A stretch of DNA of 63,724 nt, counting the filler, from Trichomonas gallinae (taxonomy: Eukaryota): NCBI GenBank assembly GCA_008369845.1. It is 6 parts of 6 records of this genome, joined end to end, with 100 filler letters (N's around TTAATTAATTAA, not from the genome) between each part and the next. Parts side by side here need not be neighbours in the genome. Positions count along the whole stretch, not along the records: positions 1 to 17,140 come from MRSU01000885.1; positions 17,241 to 23,696 come from MRSU01000886.1; 4 more parts are not named here. One strand, written 5' to 3'. Below the pieces are notes generated by a model. That model saw nothing but the letters and a program-made list of their open reading frames with translations. It was not told where the DNA came from and did not search any database. Below, one piece after another: positions 11,288 through 22,140 of this stretch. The position numbers and the translations under genes are program-made. Positions within the stretch are counted from its first letter, which is position 1. Each line of letters begins with the position of its first letter.

Positions 11288-12169
11288 ATGAACAAAACAT
11301 TCAGCGCGATTAGATATACAAAGAATATGAAAATAGAAAATATTCTTAAATCTGAGGGTGACACAATTAATATCTTCGTCCCTGTTGATCACTTTATCCT
11401 CGATAATCCTGTTTTTACACAACAAAACGTATATGGCAGCAGGCCTTATTCTATTAAGTCCGATTTAGTCGCTATCCTTGCCCACATGGGTATTCTTTTC
11501 CCAGGAGAAAAGCCAAAGAAGAATTCTCCTGATGTTTTATGCACATCTCCAAGTGCTCCTTTATTCGGCAAGCAAGACGCAATAAATCTCGAAGATACAA
11601 GAAAGATTGAAGATGACTTCAGGTTTTATGGTGTTGTCGTCGCCGTAACAGCTGTTGAACCGCTTGAACATTATCCTGCAATTCCAGGCTTTGGTGTTGC
11701 ATCACAAGCACTTCATGATTCCGCATTCATTGCCATTGATATCCTCGATTACTCTTTCATATCTGAATTTGAGCCAATGCCAACATTAGTCGATGATCCA
11801 GATACAATCGTTAGACACTTTTCAAAGGCAGATTTCTTCCTCCCTGCAGATGAGGATAATCTTCTTACATATGAGTATTCGCCAAATCTCTTCAGCAGCG
11901 ACAAAGAAGGATATCTTTTCCGCGATTATAAAGTTTCGTTCATTATGAATGATGTCTCGCTCCAGTTCAAGTGGACAAGAAACCAATTGTGTTTAATTCA
12001 AAGAATGCTTTCAGTAGATTCAAAATTATCAGATGAAAAAGTTATCGATGAGAATATTAAATACAGCGATATAATGTTCAACGATACATCAATTGCCATC
12101 GGTGAAAAGTCATATGGACCGATTTCTCGCGTTACATTAGAAAATCCCGATCGATATGGAACTGAGTAA
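11288..12169 (+). CDS. Rxt3/LCCL-like domain protein (histone deacetylase complex subunit-like)
   Basis: NVYGSRPYSIKSDLVAILAHMG resembles the Rxt3 signature (vwG...Yt.dSDlvavl.H.G). Confidence 0.55.
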   Translation: MNKTFSAIRYTKNMKIENILKSEGDTINIFVPVDHFILDNPVFTQQNVYGSRPYSIKSDLVAILAHMGILFPGEKPKKNSPDVLCTSPSAPLFGKQDAINLEDTRKIEDDFRFYGVVVAVTAVEPLEHYPAIPGFGVASQALHDSAFIAIDILDYSFISEFEPMPTLVDDPDTIVRHFSKADFFLPADEDNLLTYEYSPNLFSSDKEGYLFRDYKVSFIMNDVSLQFKWTRNQLCLIQRMLSVDSKLSDEKVIDENIKYSDIMFNDTSIAIGEKSYGPISRVTLENPDRYGTE

Positions 12170-12704
12170 TTCTTTAATCTTTGATGTTTAAATTATTTAT
12201 TGTTTAAGTAATAGAATTTACAATTCTGCTAAAAATATAAAATTATTTTGATAAATTATGAAATCTCTTTTATTACTATATTGATATCAACAATATTAGT
12301 ACACATTATGCTAAAAATAACTTATTTTGTGTAATTTAATGAAGATATTTTTGGAACAAAATATATTTTTTATAAAAATTCAAATTTGCAAGATAATAAC
12401 TCAATCCTATGCATCTATCATTCTACTACATTAAAACACAAAGTAGATTTGCAAACCCAAATCAAATATCACTTTTTTGTTGAAGCAATAAAGCTCCAAA
12501 CTCAAAAGATTTGGGCTGATCTTATAGATAGCATTACAAATAGCCTATAAAATTGTTGTAAAATTAAAAAAATTGATTGAACAAATATCATTTTGGTTGG
12601 TAATGAAGGTGTAAAAATAATTTGAATAGATTTTTTCTTCTTCCCAACAAAGTATCTGTATTTGGTTTTATAAAAAATTTAAATTTATAATAAAGGAAGA
12701 AGAT

Positions 12705-13055
12705 TTACTTGCCCTTCTTCTTCTGTTCGTTAGCAAGCTTGCGCTCCTGGGCAGCACGGGCTTCCTCCTCCATGAAAGCGTTGATGATACGGTCTTTAAC
12801 GACAGCACCGCAGTAAACACCACCATATGGGCGAGAAACTGTTCTCTGATTCTTCTTCATACGGCGGAGTTCGCATGTCTTAACGCACTTGATACCAGCA
12901 AGGCGCTTGCCTGTCTCAGCGCATCTGAGGCCATTCTGACGCTTTGTGATGTAGTGAGCGACAAGCTTGTTGCCTGGTGTACGGACTGGAGCAACACGGT
13001 TACGCATTGTGTGGAAACCAAGGGAGCGGCGGAGAGTGTACCTGTTGTCTACCAT
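12705..13055 (-). CDS. RPL34: 60S ribosomal protein eL34
   Basis: VRTPGNKLV, C..TGKRLAGI and TVSRPYGG.YC...VKDRII.AF.EEE; true ATG at 13055 (116 aa). Confidence 0.97.
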   Translation of the reverse strand: MVDNRYTLRRSLGFHTMRNRVAPVRTPGNKLVAHYITKRQNGLRCAETGKRLAGIKCVKTCELRRMKKNQRTVSRPYGGVYCGAVVKDRIINAFMEEEARAAQERKLANEQKKKGK

Positions 13056-13062
13056 GAGATCA

Positions 13063-13082
13063 AAAGGAAGGACCAAAACCGC
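13063..13082 (-). promoter_or_regulatory. M3 (GCGGTT) plus M5 (CCTTT) core promoter of eL34
   Basis: Sense strand reads GGGCGGTTTTGGTCCTTCCTTTTGATCTC-ATG, the M3/M5 arrangement known from T. vaginalis ribosomal-protein genes. Confidence 0.75.
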
Positions 13083-13694
13083 CCAACCTTTATCGTCGAA
13101 GAGGATGTCAAATTTCAAAATCCTTTATTTATATGATATTTACATTGCATGCTTTGCATTGAAATTGAAAAAATGACCATTGAAAAAAATATGATTTATC
13201 TATACATGGCAAATTTACCTTCTGAATATATATTTTACATGTCAAAAATATGACTTTTACTTGACAAAAATATTAACCCATAATCAATTCTTCTCACGAT
13301 TGTGTTGTATCTATAGATGCAAAGATTGGATAACGTTATAGGTTGAAATTTAAATTATGATGTTGCTTATTCGAAAATTACTTTTTCAATCAGTTGAATT
13401 TTTTAGGACTGTAGCAATTATCTAGATAAGGTACTGGCTTGAATCGAACCTTAAATCTATGATTTTACAAATTATAAAATCATGATTGAATTTTACTTTA
13501 TAAATCTATGCAAAGTTACTTTGTGACTAACATTCGTTCAACAATTAATTGTATTCAAGTCTAGAAACCTAAATAACAAGTATATATATATCTATAAGCT
13601 GAACATTTGGGTTTTTGTCAAAAAAAGTATTATTTACATGTCAAATATTCGCATAGATAATATTTACGTGTCAAGAAGATAAATTTCATAGTGG

Positions 13695-14342
13695 ATGATT
13701 TCATATACTGTTGTTGCTAGAGGATCGACAATAATTGCATCTCATTCATTTGACAACAGCGACCTTGCCAGAGAAATGCAGAAATTGCTCGAAACGCCAT
13801 TCGTTAAAAACGAACAAAGGAGAATGAACAGATATATTTTCACTTTCGTGAAGAAAAACAAATTGACGTTTATATGTGCATCACCTGTTGATGACACTTC
13901 ATCTGTAGCTATCCAATACTTAGATAAACTTTCAGATAAATGGAATATCACATTTGCCGATGTTTCAATGAATGCTTCGCCCAATTCGCTATCAAAGCAG
14001 TCAAAGGAACTATTTGAATCGGTATTTGCTGATGTTTCGCAGAATGCTATAACAGCTGAGAAAATTAAACGCGAAATGGAACAAACACAAATGATTATGA
14101 CAGAATCAATGCAAAAGGCGCTTTCACGTGGTAATGACCTTGAAAATCTATCAACAAAAACAGAAGATTTACTTTCAACATCGAATGATTTCAGAAATCA
14201 CGCTACAAGCCTTAAAAACAAAATGTTATGTGCCCGCTATAAAGCTTATGCACTTTACGGCACCATTGTCATTGTTCTCGTTTATTATATTATTGCAAAA
14301 ATATGCGGAGGCTACAGTCTTCGTCCAAGATGTTTGAAATAA
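13695..14342 (+). CDS. Longin R-SNARE (VAMP7-like)
   Basis: ISYTVVARG longin start, SNARE core ALSRGNDLENLSTKTEDL with zero-layer R, C-terminal TM and CGG. Confidence 0.92.
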   Translation: MISYTVVARGSTIIASHSFDNSDLAREMQKLLETPFVKNEQRRMNRYIFTFVKKNKLTFICASPVDDTSSVAIQYLDKLSDKWNITFADVSMNASPNSLSKQSKELFESVFADVSQNAITAEKIKREMEQTQMIMTESMQKALSRGNDLENLSTKTEDLLSTSNDFRNHATSLKNKMLCARYKAYALYGTIVIVLVYYIIAKICGGYSLRPRCLK

Positions 14343-14443
14343 ATATGCTCAATAAACTGTGATTTTATTGAATCTATTACTGATGAAATTTAGAAAATAA
14401 ATGAAAACATATACATAAAAAGTTTTGCCGTTCACATTTATTC

Positions 14444-15235
14444 TTATCTTGCACCGCCCATGATAGCACCAAGGAGACGCTGCATGCGAGGATCTGACAT
14501 CATAGATAAGATTGCGCTTGGATTTGCCTGAATTGACTGGATAAAGTTCATCATTTCTGGTTCCTGGAGCATAGCCTGAACGGATGGATCGTTTAAGCGG
14601 TCAGCAAACTGAGCGAACATTGGATTGTTAGCAAACATTGCGCCAAGCTGCTCAGCCATGTTTGGAGCACCATTGGAACTTGGTGTCTCTGGGCCAAGAG
14701 AGGCTAAGTTGTCCTTAAGGGCCTGGTTATCTGTGCAAGCACGGATACCACGCTTGTATGCCTCACGAGCTTCTTCAATCTTGCCGAGCTTGTAAAAGGC
14801 AAGGCCAAGGCGAGAGTAAGACTTCGGGAATGATGGGTTAAGTGAGATAGCTTTTTCAGAATCCTTAATAGCAGCCTCAAAGTCGCCCTTGTTTGTGTAG
14901 GCAGCTGCACGATTGCAATAGAAGATGTGTTGTGTTGGATCTGTGTTGATTGCTTCAGTGTAGTACTTGATAGCTTCATCGATATTGCCAGCTGATAAAG
15001 CTTCATTGCCTTTGAGTTTAAGTTTGTTAGCAGCTTCTGTGTCGTAAGATGGATCTGGCATCAAATCAATGATTGAGTTGACTCCTGGGATAGAAACTGC
15101 TGTGTTATCGATCTTCCAGAGGTTTTTGAGGCAGTCAATTGAAACCTCGAGCTCATCCTGGTGCTCTGTGTCAGTGGAAGCGCATGTTTCGAGGTACTGA
15201 AGAATGAGGCACTGTGCAAGTCTCTCCTTATTCAT
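14444..15235 (-). CDS. SGT2/SGTA-like TPR co-chaperone
   Basis: ELEVSIDCL dimerisation motif, three TPRs (ANKLKLKGN, FYCNRAAAY, KSYSRLG) and a Met/Asn/Pro-rich STI1 tail. Confidence 0.92.
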   Translation of the reverse strand: MNKERLAQCLILQYLETCASTDTEHQDELEVSIDCLKNLWKIDNTAVSIPGVNSIIDLMPDPSYDTEAANKLKLKGNEALSAGNIDEAIKYYTEAINTDPTQHIFYCNRAAAYTNKGDFEAAIKDSEKAISLNPSFPKSYSRLGLAFYKLGKIEEAREAYKRGIRACTDNQALKDNLASLGPETPSSNGAPNMAEQLGAMFANNPMFAQFADRLNDPSVQAMLQEPEMMNFIQSIQANPSAILSMMSDPRMQRLLGAIMGGAR

Positions 15236-15776
15236 TAAGTGGCTGGCTAAATAACACTTTACATGTCAGATTTCAATTTTTTTCATTCATCATCAGAACA
15301 ACACATTTAGAGCTTATAACCACAAATACAAGCTATATATTTATTATATTTATTTGAATATATAGGTATTTTTATTCAAATTCATTATAGAACTAGAATT
15401 TTTTCTGAATTTTGTTAAATTAAACCAAGATATAAGAAGTATATGGATAAAAATAATATCTTTCTTCATTAGATGGTTGCTATTGAGAAAAATATATTCA
15501 AATGATAGATGTTCCAAAAAAAAATCTATTTTTAATAATTTCAGACAACTCATAGAAAAATTATATGAGTTTCCTTAATTTCTTTAAAAAAATAACTTAA
15601 TAATTAATAGAAGTATTGGTAAATCATGACAATAAACTGCAACAACATGTTAGATACTTTAATATATATAAGTGATTTGATGCATATATTATAGCAAATA
15701 GAAATTCATGGAAAATGAATTTTGATAATGTTACATGTCAAATATATCTGAAATTTGTCGTGTAAAGTTTAGTTTT

Positions 15777-16889
15777 ATGAAGAAGTCTAAAAACATTAAT
15801 AATATAGATCAAACGTCTAGAAATGAAAAGTTTAGCAGGGCTACTGAAAGATATGAGATATTGAATTCCAAAATACAGCAAATTATTAATAATCCAAAAA
15901 TTAATCCAGAATTAAAATCGAAATTAAATAAACAATTAAGCAAAACACAACAACTACAACAAATGGTGCGTGAAAACTTAGGAATTTCACGAAAAACACC
16001 AGATACAGAAATTATCAATCCTTTAGATTCATCATCTGATCATCAAGTTTTTGAGAACAGCAACACATCCATCAGCAAAAATGAAATCAGTCAAGGAAAA
16101 TTTGATTCCACATCTTCTCCATTTGAAAACGAATCGAAACAAAAGATTGTGCATGAAAATACACAAGAAAGCGCAACAATTGAACTGATAAGCAATCAAC
16201 TGTTGCAGTTACAATCAAAAATCGAAATTATAAAAGAACAAAATGATCAATTAAAATTACAACTTAATGAAGAGCACGAAAAACTATTAAAAGCGCAAAA
16301 AGAGAATGAAACTCTTGTAAAACTCAACGAAAATTTTAGATATTTGAATGAAGATTTGCAAAATCAGTTGCACGAGTATTCAGATCGTTTAAACAGAAGT
16401 GATTCATCATTTGATACTAATACTTCTAGTTTAGAAATGATTAAAAGCCTTGAATCACAAGTTTCTTCTTTGGAAAAAGAAAATCTCGATTTAAAGAAAC
16501 AAATAGAGACTGAACGCGAACAAAATAAGCAATTTGAAGAAAGCTCTAATGAATTGCAAAGTATATTTGAGCAAGTTAAACGCAAGGCAGAAATTATTGC
16601 AAAACAAAATGTTCAATTGAAGAAACAGCTTCAAGAAACTAGTAAATCGTTTAATGAGATATCAAACAATAACACTGAAATTAATACTAAAATTAAATCA
16701 TTAGAAGATACAAATACAAAATTAACTGAAGAAAATAATGAGCTTAAGACAAAGCTTGTTGTTGAAACCTCTAAATCAGAGAAAAAGAAACTCGAATTAA
16801 TAGAAAATTTACTAGCAACTTCAAAATCATATATAGACAGCGATGATATTAGTAACTCAGAAGATGTTTCCCAAGATGGTTCACTTTAA
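15777..16889 (+). CDS. Coiled-coil hypothetical protein
   Basis: Long K/E/Q/N-rich heptad ORF; the upstream in-frame ATG (15735) lies inside a TTACATGTCA promoter motif. Confidence 0.7.
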   Translation: MKKSKNINNIDQTSRNEKFSRATERYEILNSKIQQIINNPKINPELKSKLNKQLSKTQQLQQMVRENLGISRKTPDTEIINPLDSSSDHQVFENSNTSISKNEISQGKFDSTSSPFENESKQKIVHENTQESATIELISNQLLQLQSKIEIIKEQNDQLKLQLNEEHEKLLKAQKENETLVKLNENFRYLNEDLQNQLHEYSDRLNRSDSSFDTNTSSLEMIKSLESQVSSLEKENLDLKKQIETEREQNKQFEESSNELQSIFEQVKRKAEIIAKQNVQLKKQLQETSKSFNEISNNNTEINTKIKSLEDTNTKLTEENNELKTKLVVETSKSEKKKLELIENLLATSKSYIDSDDISNSEDVSQDGSL

Positions 16890-17065
16890 TAAATATGTTT
16901 ATTATTTTTATATTACAATATTATGGAAGTTTAGAATAATGACAAATACAATGCAACCATATCTCATTCATGTCATGACATATTTAATATGTTAATCAAT
17001 AAAATAGTGTTAATTCATAATTGCAATTATTATGCTATAGTAATGATTTTTTGAGAATTCGTAAA

Positions 17066-17138
17066 GCCTGCGTAGCATAGTGGTTATTGCGTGCGCCTTG
17101 TAAGCGCAAGGTCGCCGGTTCAACTCCGGTCGTAGGCA
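17066..17138 (+). tRNA. tRNA-Thr(TGT)
   Basis: Acceptor GCCTGCG/CGTAGGC-A; D arm with TGG; anticodon stem TGCGC/GCGCA with loop CT-TGT-AA; T arm GCCGG-TTCAACT-CCGGT. Confidence 0.96.
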
Positions 17139-17140
17139 AA

Positions 17141-17240
17141 NNNNNNNNNNNNNNNNNNNNNNNNNNNNNNNNNNNNNNNNNNNNTTAATTAATTAANNNN
17201 NNNNNNNNNNNNNNNNNNNNNNNNNNNNNNNNNNNNNNNN
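17141..17240. other. Artificial contig linker
   Basis: N44-TTAATTAATTAA-N44 (stops in all six frames). Confidence 0.97.
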
Positions 17241-17384
17241 GTTAACAATGTCCAATTGGAGTAAAATGCATGCTTATGCATTTTTGGTCAAAACACACGT
17301 AACAGCATGCATGACCCCCCTACCCATGAATGAAAAATCCATTTTGGTGTCACCCCCTCACTAACTATGTCGGTCGAGCCTTAA
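17241..17384 (-). mobile_element. DNA-transposon terminus (PIF/Harbinger-like; Kolobok-like alternative)
   Basis: Relatively GC-rich non-coding block at a contig start, ending ...CACTAACTATGTCGGTCGAGCCT-TAA. Its reverse complement resembles the terminus at 26094. Confidence 0.5.
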
Positions 17385-17647
17385 ATTTTTTTTGAAAATA
17401 TTGAAATATTGCAATTGGTTTATGATAAGCCAGAATTATAATATTTATCCGAATTATATATAACATTACAAATCTATTGAGCTAAAATATTAAATTAAAT
17501 TTTCGTCGGAATAAAATTTTGCAAAAAATGGAAAAATTTTGTGCAAAATAGCTTATTTTCAATGCATATAACCTAAATATAACATAAAATCAGCAGATTT
17601 TGTGCTGAAATTTTCGAAAAAGTGTCTCAGCCAATTTTTTAGAAAAA

Positions 17648-18670
17648 ATGAAGCAAGCCACGTTAAATAAAATCTCCGATTTCGAGCTCAAGCTTCGACG
17701 CAAGGAGATGTTCAACAGCCACGAACTCGCGAAAGAAACAATTCAGTTAATCAGATCGATTATCAAAGAAGCAAGATCAAATCTTCAATGCGAAGAGTTC
17801 ATCATTCAGATAACAGAGCGTTTGATGCGCAATTTCCCGAATGAAGCAACAATCAAGAACGTTTGCTCGCAAATTAAAGTCAAACTTGACGAAGTTAAAG
17901 CAGAATTCCAGCCTAAAATGAAGAGGAGCCAGTCAGCGCGTGGCTTCCTTGAAATTTTCTCGCCGCAGTTGAACAACGATTTAACAGACGATTTTGTTGA
18001 TGATGAACATGGCATGAAACAAGAAATGATCGAAATCATTGACGCATTTCGTGCCGAACTCGATGAATCATACAAGGGAATATCAAAGAAAGCTGACGAA
18101 TTCTTACATAACAAAGATATTATTCTTACGGTCGGCAATTCTGAGTCTGTTATCAATTTCCTCAAGGAGGCCCACTGCAACCTTACAGTTATCGTTCCAG
18201 AAAGGGCCCCAGAATTTGATGGATTAGATATGGCCAATAAACTTCGCAAACACAAGCATTTAAAGGTTATTGTCATCCCAGATTCTGCTGTCTTTGCAGT
18301 TATTCCAAAGGTTGATACAGTTATTCTCTCTGCACGCTCAGTATTTGCAAATGGTGGAATAATTAGTTATTCTTTGACACATTCTGTAGCTTTAGCTGCT
18401 AAGAGATACTCTAAGCCAGTGATCGCCTTGTACTGGGAAATGAAATTGGCTTCAGAAATGTATCATCCAGGTGAAACTTACACAACGCTTAGACAGCCAA
18501 GCCAGATTGCAGATGAGAATGCCATGGACCAAACAAATACAACAGTTATTAATCCGGAAGGTGACTATATTCCTCCAGAGCTTATAACTCTTATGAAGAA
18601 TGAAACTAAGTCTCACATTCCAACGGATGTATTCTCACTTGTTCAGCAAAACTACTTCATTGACTGGTAA
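17648..18670 (+). CDS. EIF2B2: Translation initiation factor eIF2B beta subunit
   Basis: ILTVGNSESV, PERAP, VIPDSAVFAVIPKVD.VIL...V.ANGG and NP..DYIPPELITL. Confidence 0.88.
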   Translation: MKQATLNKISDFELKLRRKEMFNSHELAKETIQLIRSIIKEARSNLQCEEFIIQITERLMRNFPNEATIKNVCSQIKVKLDEVKAEFQPKMKRSQSARGFLEIFSPQLNNDLTDDFVDDEHGMKQEMIEIIDAFRAELDESYKGISKKADEFLHNKDIILTVGNSESVINFLKEAHCNLTVIVPERAPEFDGLDMANKLRKHKHLKVIVIPDSAVFAVIPKVDTVILSARSVFANGGIISYSLTHSVALAAKRYSKPVIALYWEMKLASEMYHPGETYTTLRQPSQIADENAMDQTNTTVINPEGDYIPPELITLMKNETKSHIPTDVFSLVQQNYFIDW

Positions 18671-19117
18671 TTTTTACCTTTATAATAAGCATTTAATTTT
18701 GATTTTCAATTTGTACCTAAATTATTCTCTTTTAAAACACTCAAACTCTTTCAAACTCACACTGCTAAATCCAATGAAAGATTAATTCGTAAAAAAATAT
18801 AAAAAATTCGCAAAAGTTAGATTTGAGCTATAATAATTTGAAAATAATAAATATCACTGAAACTATAAATATCTAGCACATTCATTTCCCCTTTAATTAA
18901 ATAATATTTTGCATTGATTTTCAAATCATGTTTGAACCAGATTTAATATTATTATTATTATGAGTTATAGCAGCAAATGAGTATTTCTACGCACACTAAT
19001 ATTACTCATCACATTCATTTTTTGAAATAAAAAATATCATCATAAAAATAGAATGATTAAAGGTAACATTATCGAGTATATGTTTTCCTTCATGTTTAAA
19101 ACAAACAAAAACGAATT

Positions 19118-19873
19118 TTATAGCAATGATCCAAAAAATGGAGAACTAAGATTATCTTCAATCTCATGAGCTGGGCATTCGAAGTTATATATGTAAGATT
19201 TTGTAATTCTCTTGATTTGCTTCTCGGTAAACAAAGAATCGTCAAAATGAGACATTATTTCTCCTGTACCAACCATCATCATGTCTAAGTAATGTTTAAA
19301 TGTAGTTAAACTCTTTTGATATGTTTTTGAGCCAGAATATTTGCAATTTGATTTTTCTAAAAATGGAATCAAGCGATACATAGGAAGATATGATAAAATA
19401 TAGCATATCGGGTACTCATATTTGAACATATTTCGGAATTTAACTCCACTTTCAAGGATTTCAGATCTCAATTTAGGAGACATCCTCAAATATTGAACTT
19501 TAAAGTTCCTTCTCGCCCATGAACATATCGCTAACTCAGATAAATGATGTTTCAGTCCTTTTGCAACAACAAAAGACTGATTTTTCCCTGCATGAGCAAA
19601 TGTATCTACTGCAAGATGATTGTAAATGCCTAAAAAGAACCAGTAAAGGCTGCTATTTTTGTCACTTATTCTGTTTAAGTTGCCGATTGCTGGCTTTACG
19701 TAATGTGTTACGTTTTTTTGAATTCCATCAGCATACATCGAACCGAGAAGGAAGCTCTCTCGCTGCTCCTCTGTTATATTTGGATAATGTAGATCGCAAT
19801 ATCGCGAAGCGAAGGCTTGGTGAAAGACCGGAGTCCAAGACCAAGAATCCGCAAAGAAGAAAAAAGTAAACAT
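19118..19873 (-). CDS. Secreted zinc-dependent phospholipase C / GPI-PLD catalytic-domain-like protein
   Basis: Short signal peptide, then WTPVFH, FLLGSMYAD, GIYNHLAVDTFAH and HHLSE zinc-ligand pattern; TCATT Inr directly before ATG 19873. Confidence 0.72.
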   Translation of the reverse strand: MFTFFFFADSWSWTPVFHQAFASRYCDLHYPNITEEQRESFLLGSMYADGIQKNVTHYVKPAIGNLNRISDKNSSLYWFFLGIYNHLAVDTFAHAGKNQSFVVAKGLKHHLSELAICSWARRNFKVQYLRMSPKLRSEILESGVKFRNMFKYEYPICYILSYLPMYRLIPFLEKSNCKYSGSKTYQKSLTTFKHYLDMMMVGTGEIMSHFDDSLFTEKQIKRITKSYIYNFECPAHEIEDNLSSPFFGSLL

Positions 19874-19904
19874 AATGAAAATTATTTTATTCATGGCATA
19901 TATT

Positions 19905-20129
19905 TTAACGTGATGCACCATATTCAATCAACTTCGCAACAACATCTTCATGATTTTTCTCCCTTGCATAATCTAATGCAGTTTTCCCATAATAATCTTT
20001 AATATCCACTTTTGCCCCATTTTCAAGCAATATTGATACAAGTTTTAAGTGACCGTCCATTGCAGCAAAAATTAGTGGAGTATATCTTTCACCATGTATT
20101 ACATTTATTTTTGCTCTGTATTTTATCAA
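19905..20129 (-). pseudogene. Ankyrin-repeat gene remnant
   Basis: TPLIFAAMDGHLKLVSILLENGAKVDIKDYYGKTALDYA; no ATG, upstream frame interrupted. Confidence 0.7.
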
Positions 20130-20898
20130 AACTAATGTACATTGCTCTCAATGCATATAATCTCTAACTGAATAAAAAAGTGCTTTGTCACCCAAGTTCA
20201 ATCCATTTTTGATTAAGAGGGTAGTTTTGAATGTCAATGTCAAGATAATCACTGTATTTCTGCATATAATCCGTTAACATTACCTAAAAAATACTGTTGG
20301 TAATTTTTTATTAAAATTTTGGCTAATTCTGTATATTGTTACATGTTTTCAATTTGTGGAGTTGTTTAAATGACATTTGGAATCAGTATATCATGATAAT
20401 TTGGATCGATTGAGACATAATCTTTGTAATTAGATGTCTTTATGCATAAAAACGCCAACAATATAACTTTCATCACATCAATTTATATGATACTCTTGTG
20501 TTTTCGATTGAAAATCATGAAAAATCACATTCGATTAATATACAAATTTAATATATGTATATACAAATTCAACATATAATTTTATGAGAAAAAGTGAAGC
20601 AAAATCGCATGTATATATGTACTTATATCAGTGATATGATATTATTGAAATCAAAACAAAATTATCTATTTCAGTCAAATTTAATATGGAAAAAGTGAAA
20701 TTTTACATATACATATTATATGTAACTCATATTTAATGCTTAGCAACTTAATAGCAAATTGGATTTCAATATTTGATAAATTTTTGCCTGTGATCTGGAA
20801 GCAAATTATTTCAAAAGATATAATCTAAGCAATAAAAAGATAAAAAACGCATAATTAGTAAAATAATTTATAAACAAACATCAAATAAACACTAAAAT

Positions 20899-22140
20899 TC
20901 AGGCATGTTTCAAATGGCGCTGACGAATCAATTTCTTTTGGGTTTTAACGTATTCTCTCAGATCTTCTGGTGTTGTAATCTCATTCATATGTGATCTATA
21001 GAATAAGTCAGCCAATTCTTCTGTAGATAGATCAGACGTAAGAGTAATGTCTGGATCTTCAGAATCCTTGAGAACTATGGGCGTAAGATTCAATTTTGGC
21101 GGAGGAACGTGATGTTGCTTAAAACCATCGTCTTGGAGTGTTATGTTAGTAATTAAAGTGAAATTGTCCTCTGTTTGCATTGGTTCTGAAGTATTTTTGT
21201 TAATTTTAAAATCTTGAAAAGAAAGCGTTTTGAGCTCTTCATTTTGAACGACTAAAGGCAATTCTGTGAGTTGTACATCATTCTGGTTGTTGTTTGAATG
21301 TTTTATCTTAAATTTTGGTTTTACAAGTTTATTCTTTGTTGTTCTTGATTGTTTTTCTGGAATTGTCTCAAATATCTTGAGTTGCGGGTATTTTGAAACT
21401 GGAGATTGAGTTTTGCGACTATTAAATTCAAAATTGTCAAGTTTTAGCGCTGGATCTCCATGGTGCGAAGAAGACCGTTTAGCATGTGTATTTTTCTCCA
21501 TAATTTCTTTTTTCAGCTTCAAATATAGAGAAATATCATCATCTTTTGAATGAATTTCTAAAACTGGAGTTTTCTTGACATCTATATGCTCAATTTCTTC
21601 CTTTTTGATTGGTTTCTTATTTCTTGATGATTTTTGTGTATGTTTCCTGTGAGAATTGTTCAAAGATGAAATATCAACCCTTTTCTCAAATAATGAGTTC
21701 ATGTCAACGAGTATTATCGGATTTATCGATCGGATAACCCATTCATTAAGGAGATCATTGATAATATATGGTCTTAGTTTTCGTCCGAGATTTTTTTCTT
21801 CTGTTGATAATGAAATATGGTTAACTGTGCTGACATTATCACCAAAAACAATGTAGGACATTAATCCGAGATATTCTTCGGAAGAAATAGGATTATTCGA
21901 TAATGAAATTACACGTAAATTAGGTTGCTGCTGTGCGTGTTTGAACGATTTGATATTATTCGAGTCCAAGAACAATTTCCTGAGACCAGAAATTGACGGT
22001 AAAGATTTAAACGATGAAATTTTATTATTTTGGAAGAATAGAGACGTATATTCTCCCAAATAATTATATGGAGGGAATTTAGAAAGATTCTGACCTCTGT
22101 AGTCAGCCTCAAATGACTCCGAATAACTGTGATGACTCAT
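20899..22140 (-). CDS. Leucine-rich repeat protein (N-terminal SDS22-like LRRs, low-complexity tail)
   Basis: LFFQNNKISSF, LRKLFLDSNNIKSF and LRVISLSNNPI. Confidence 0.85.
   Translation of the reverse strand: MSHHSYSESFEADYRGQNLSKFPPYNYLGEYTSLFFQNNKISSFKSLPSISGLRKLFLDSNNIKSFKHAQQQPNLRVISLSNNPISSEEYLGLMSYIVFGDNVSTVNHISLSTEEKNLGRKLRPYIINDLLNEWVIRSINPIILVDMNSLFEKRVDISSLNNSHRKHTQKSSRNKKPIKKEEIEHIDVKKTPVLEIHSKDDDISLYLKLKKEIMEKNTHAKRSSSHHGDPALKLDNFEFNSRKTQSPVSKYPQLKIFETIPEKQSRTTKNKLVKPKFKIKHSNNNQNDVQLTELPLVVQNEELKTLSFQDFKINKNTSEPMQTEDNFTLITNITLQDDGFKQHHVPPPKLNLTPIVLKDSEDPDITLTSDLSTEELADLFYRSHMNEITTPEDLREYVKTQKKLIRQRHLKHA

Noticed and set aside
13425..13460. GGTTCGATTC (tRNA T-loop-like) on the minus strand
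   Set aside because: Flanks do not form a T stem and no cloverleaf can be drawn
17185..17196. TTAATTAATTAA palindrome repeated five times inside N runs
   Set aside because: Identical 100-nt artificial linker; it also creates the false ORF ends at 27859 and 55006
19803..19816. Third GCGAAGC occurrence
   Set aside because: Lies inside the phospholipase CDS (codons for AFASR) and has no long flanking stem
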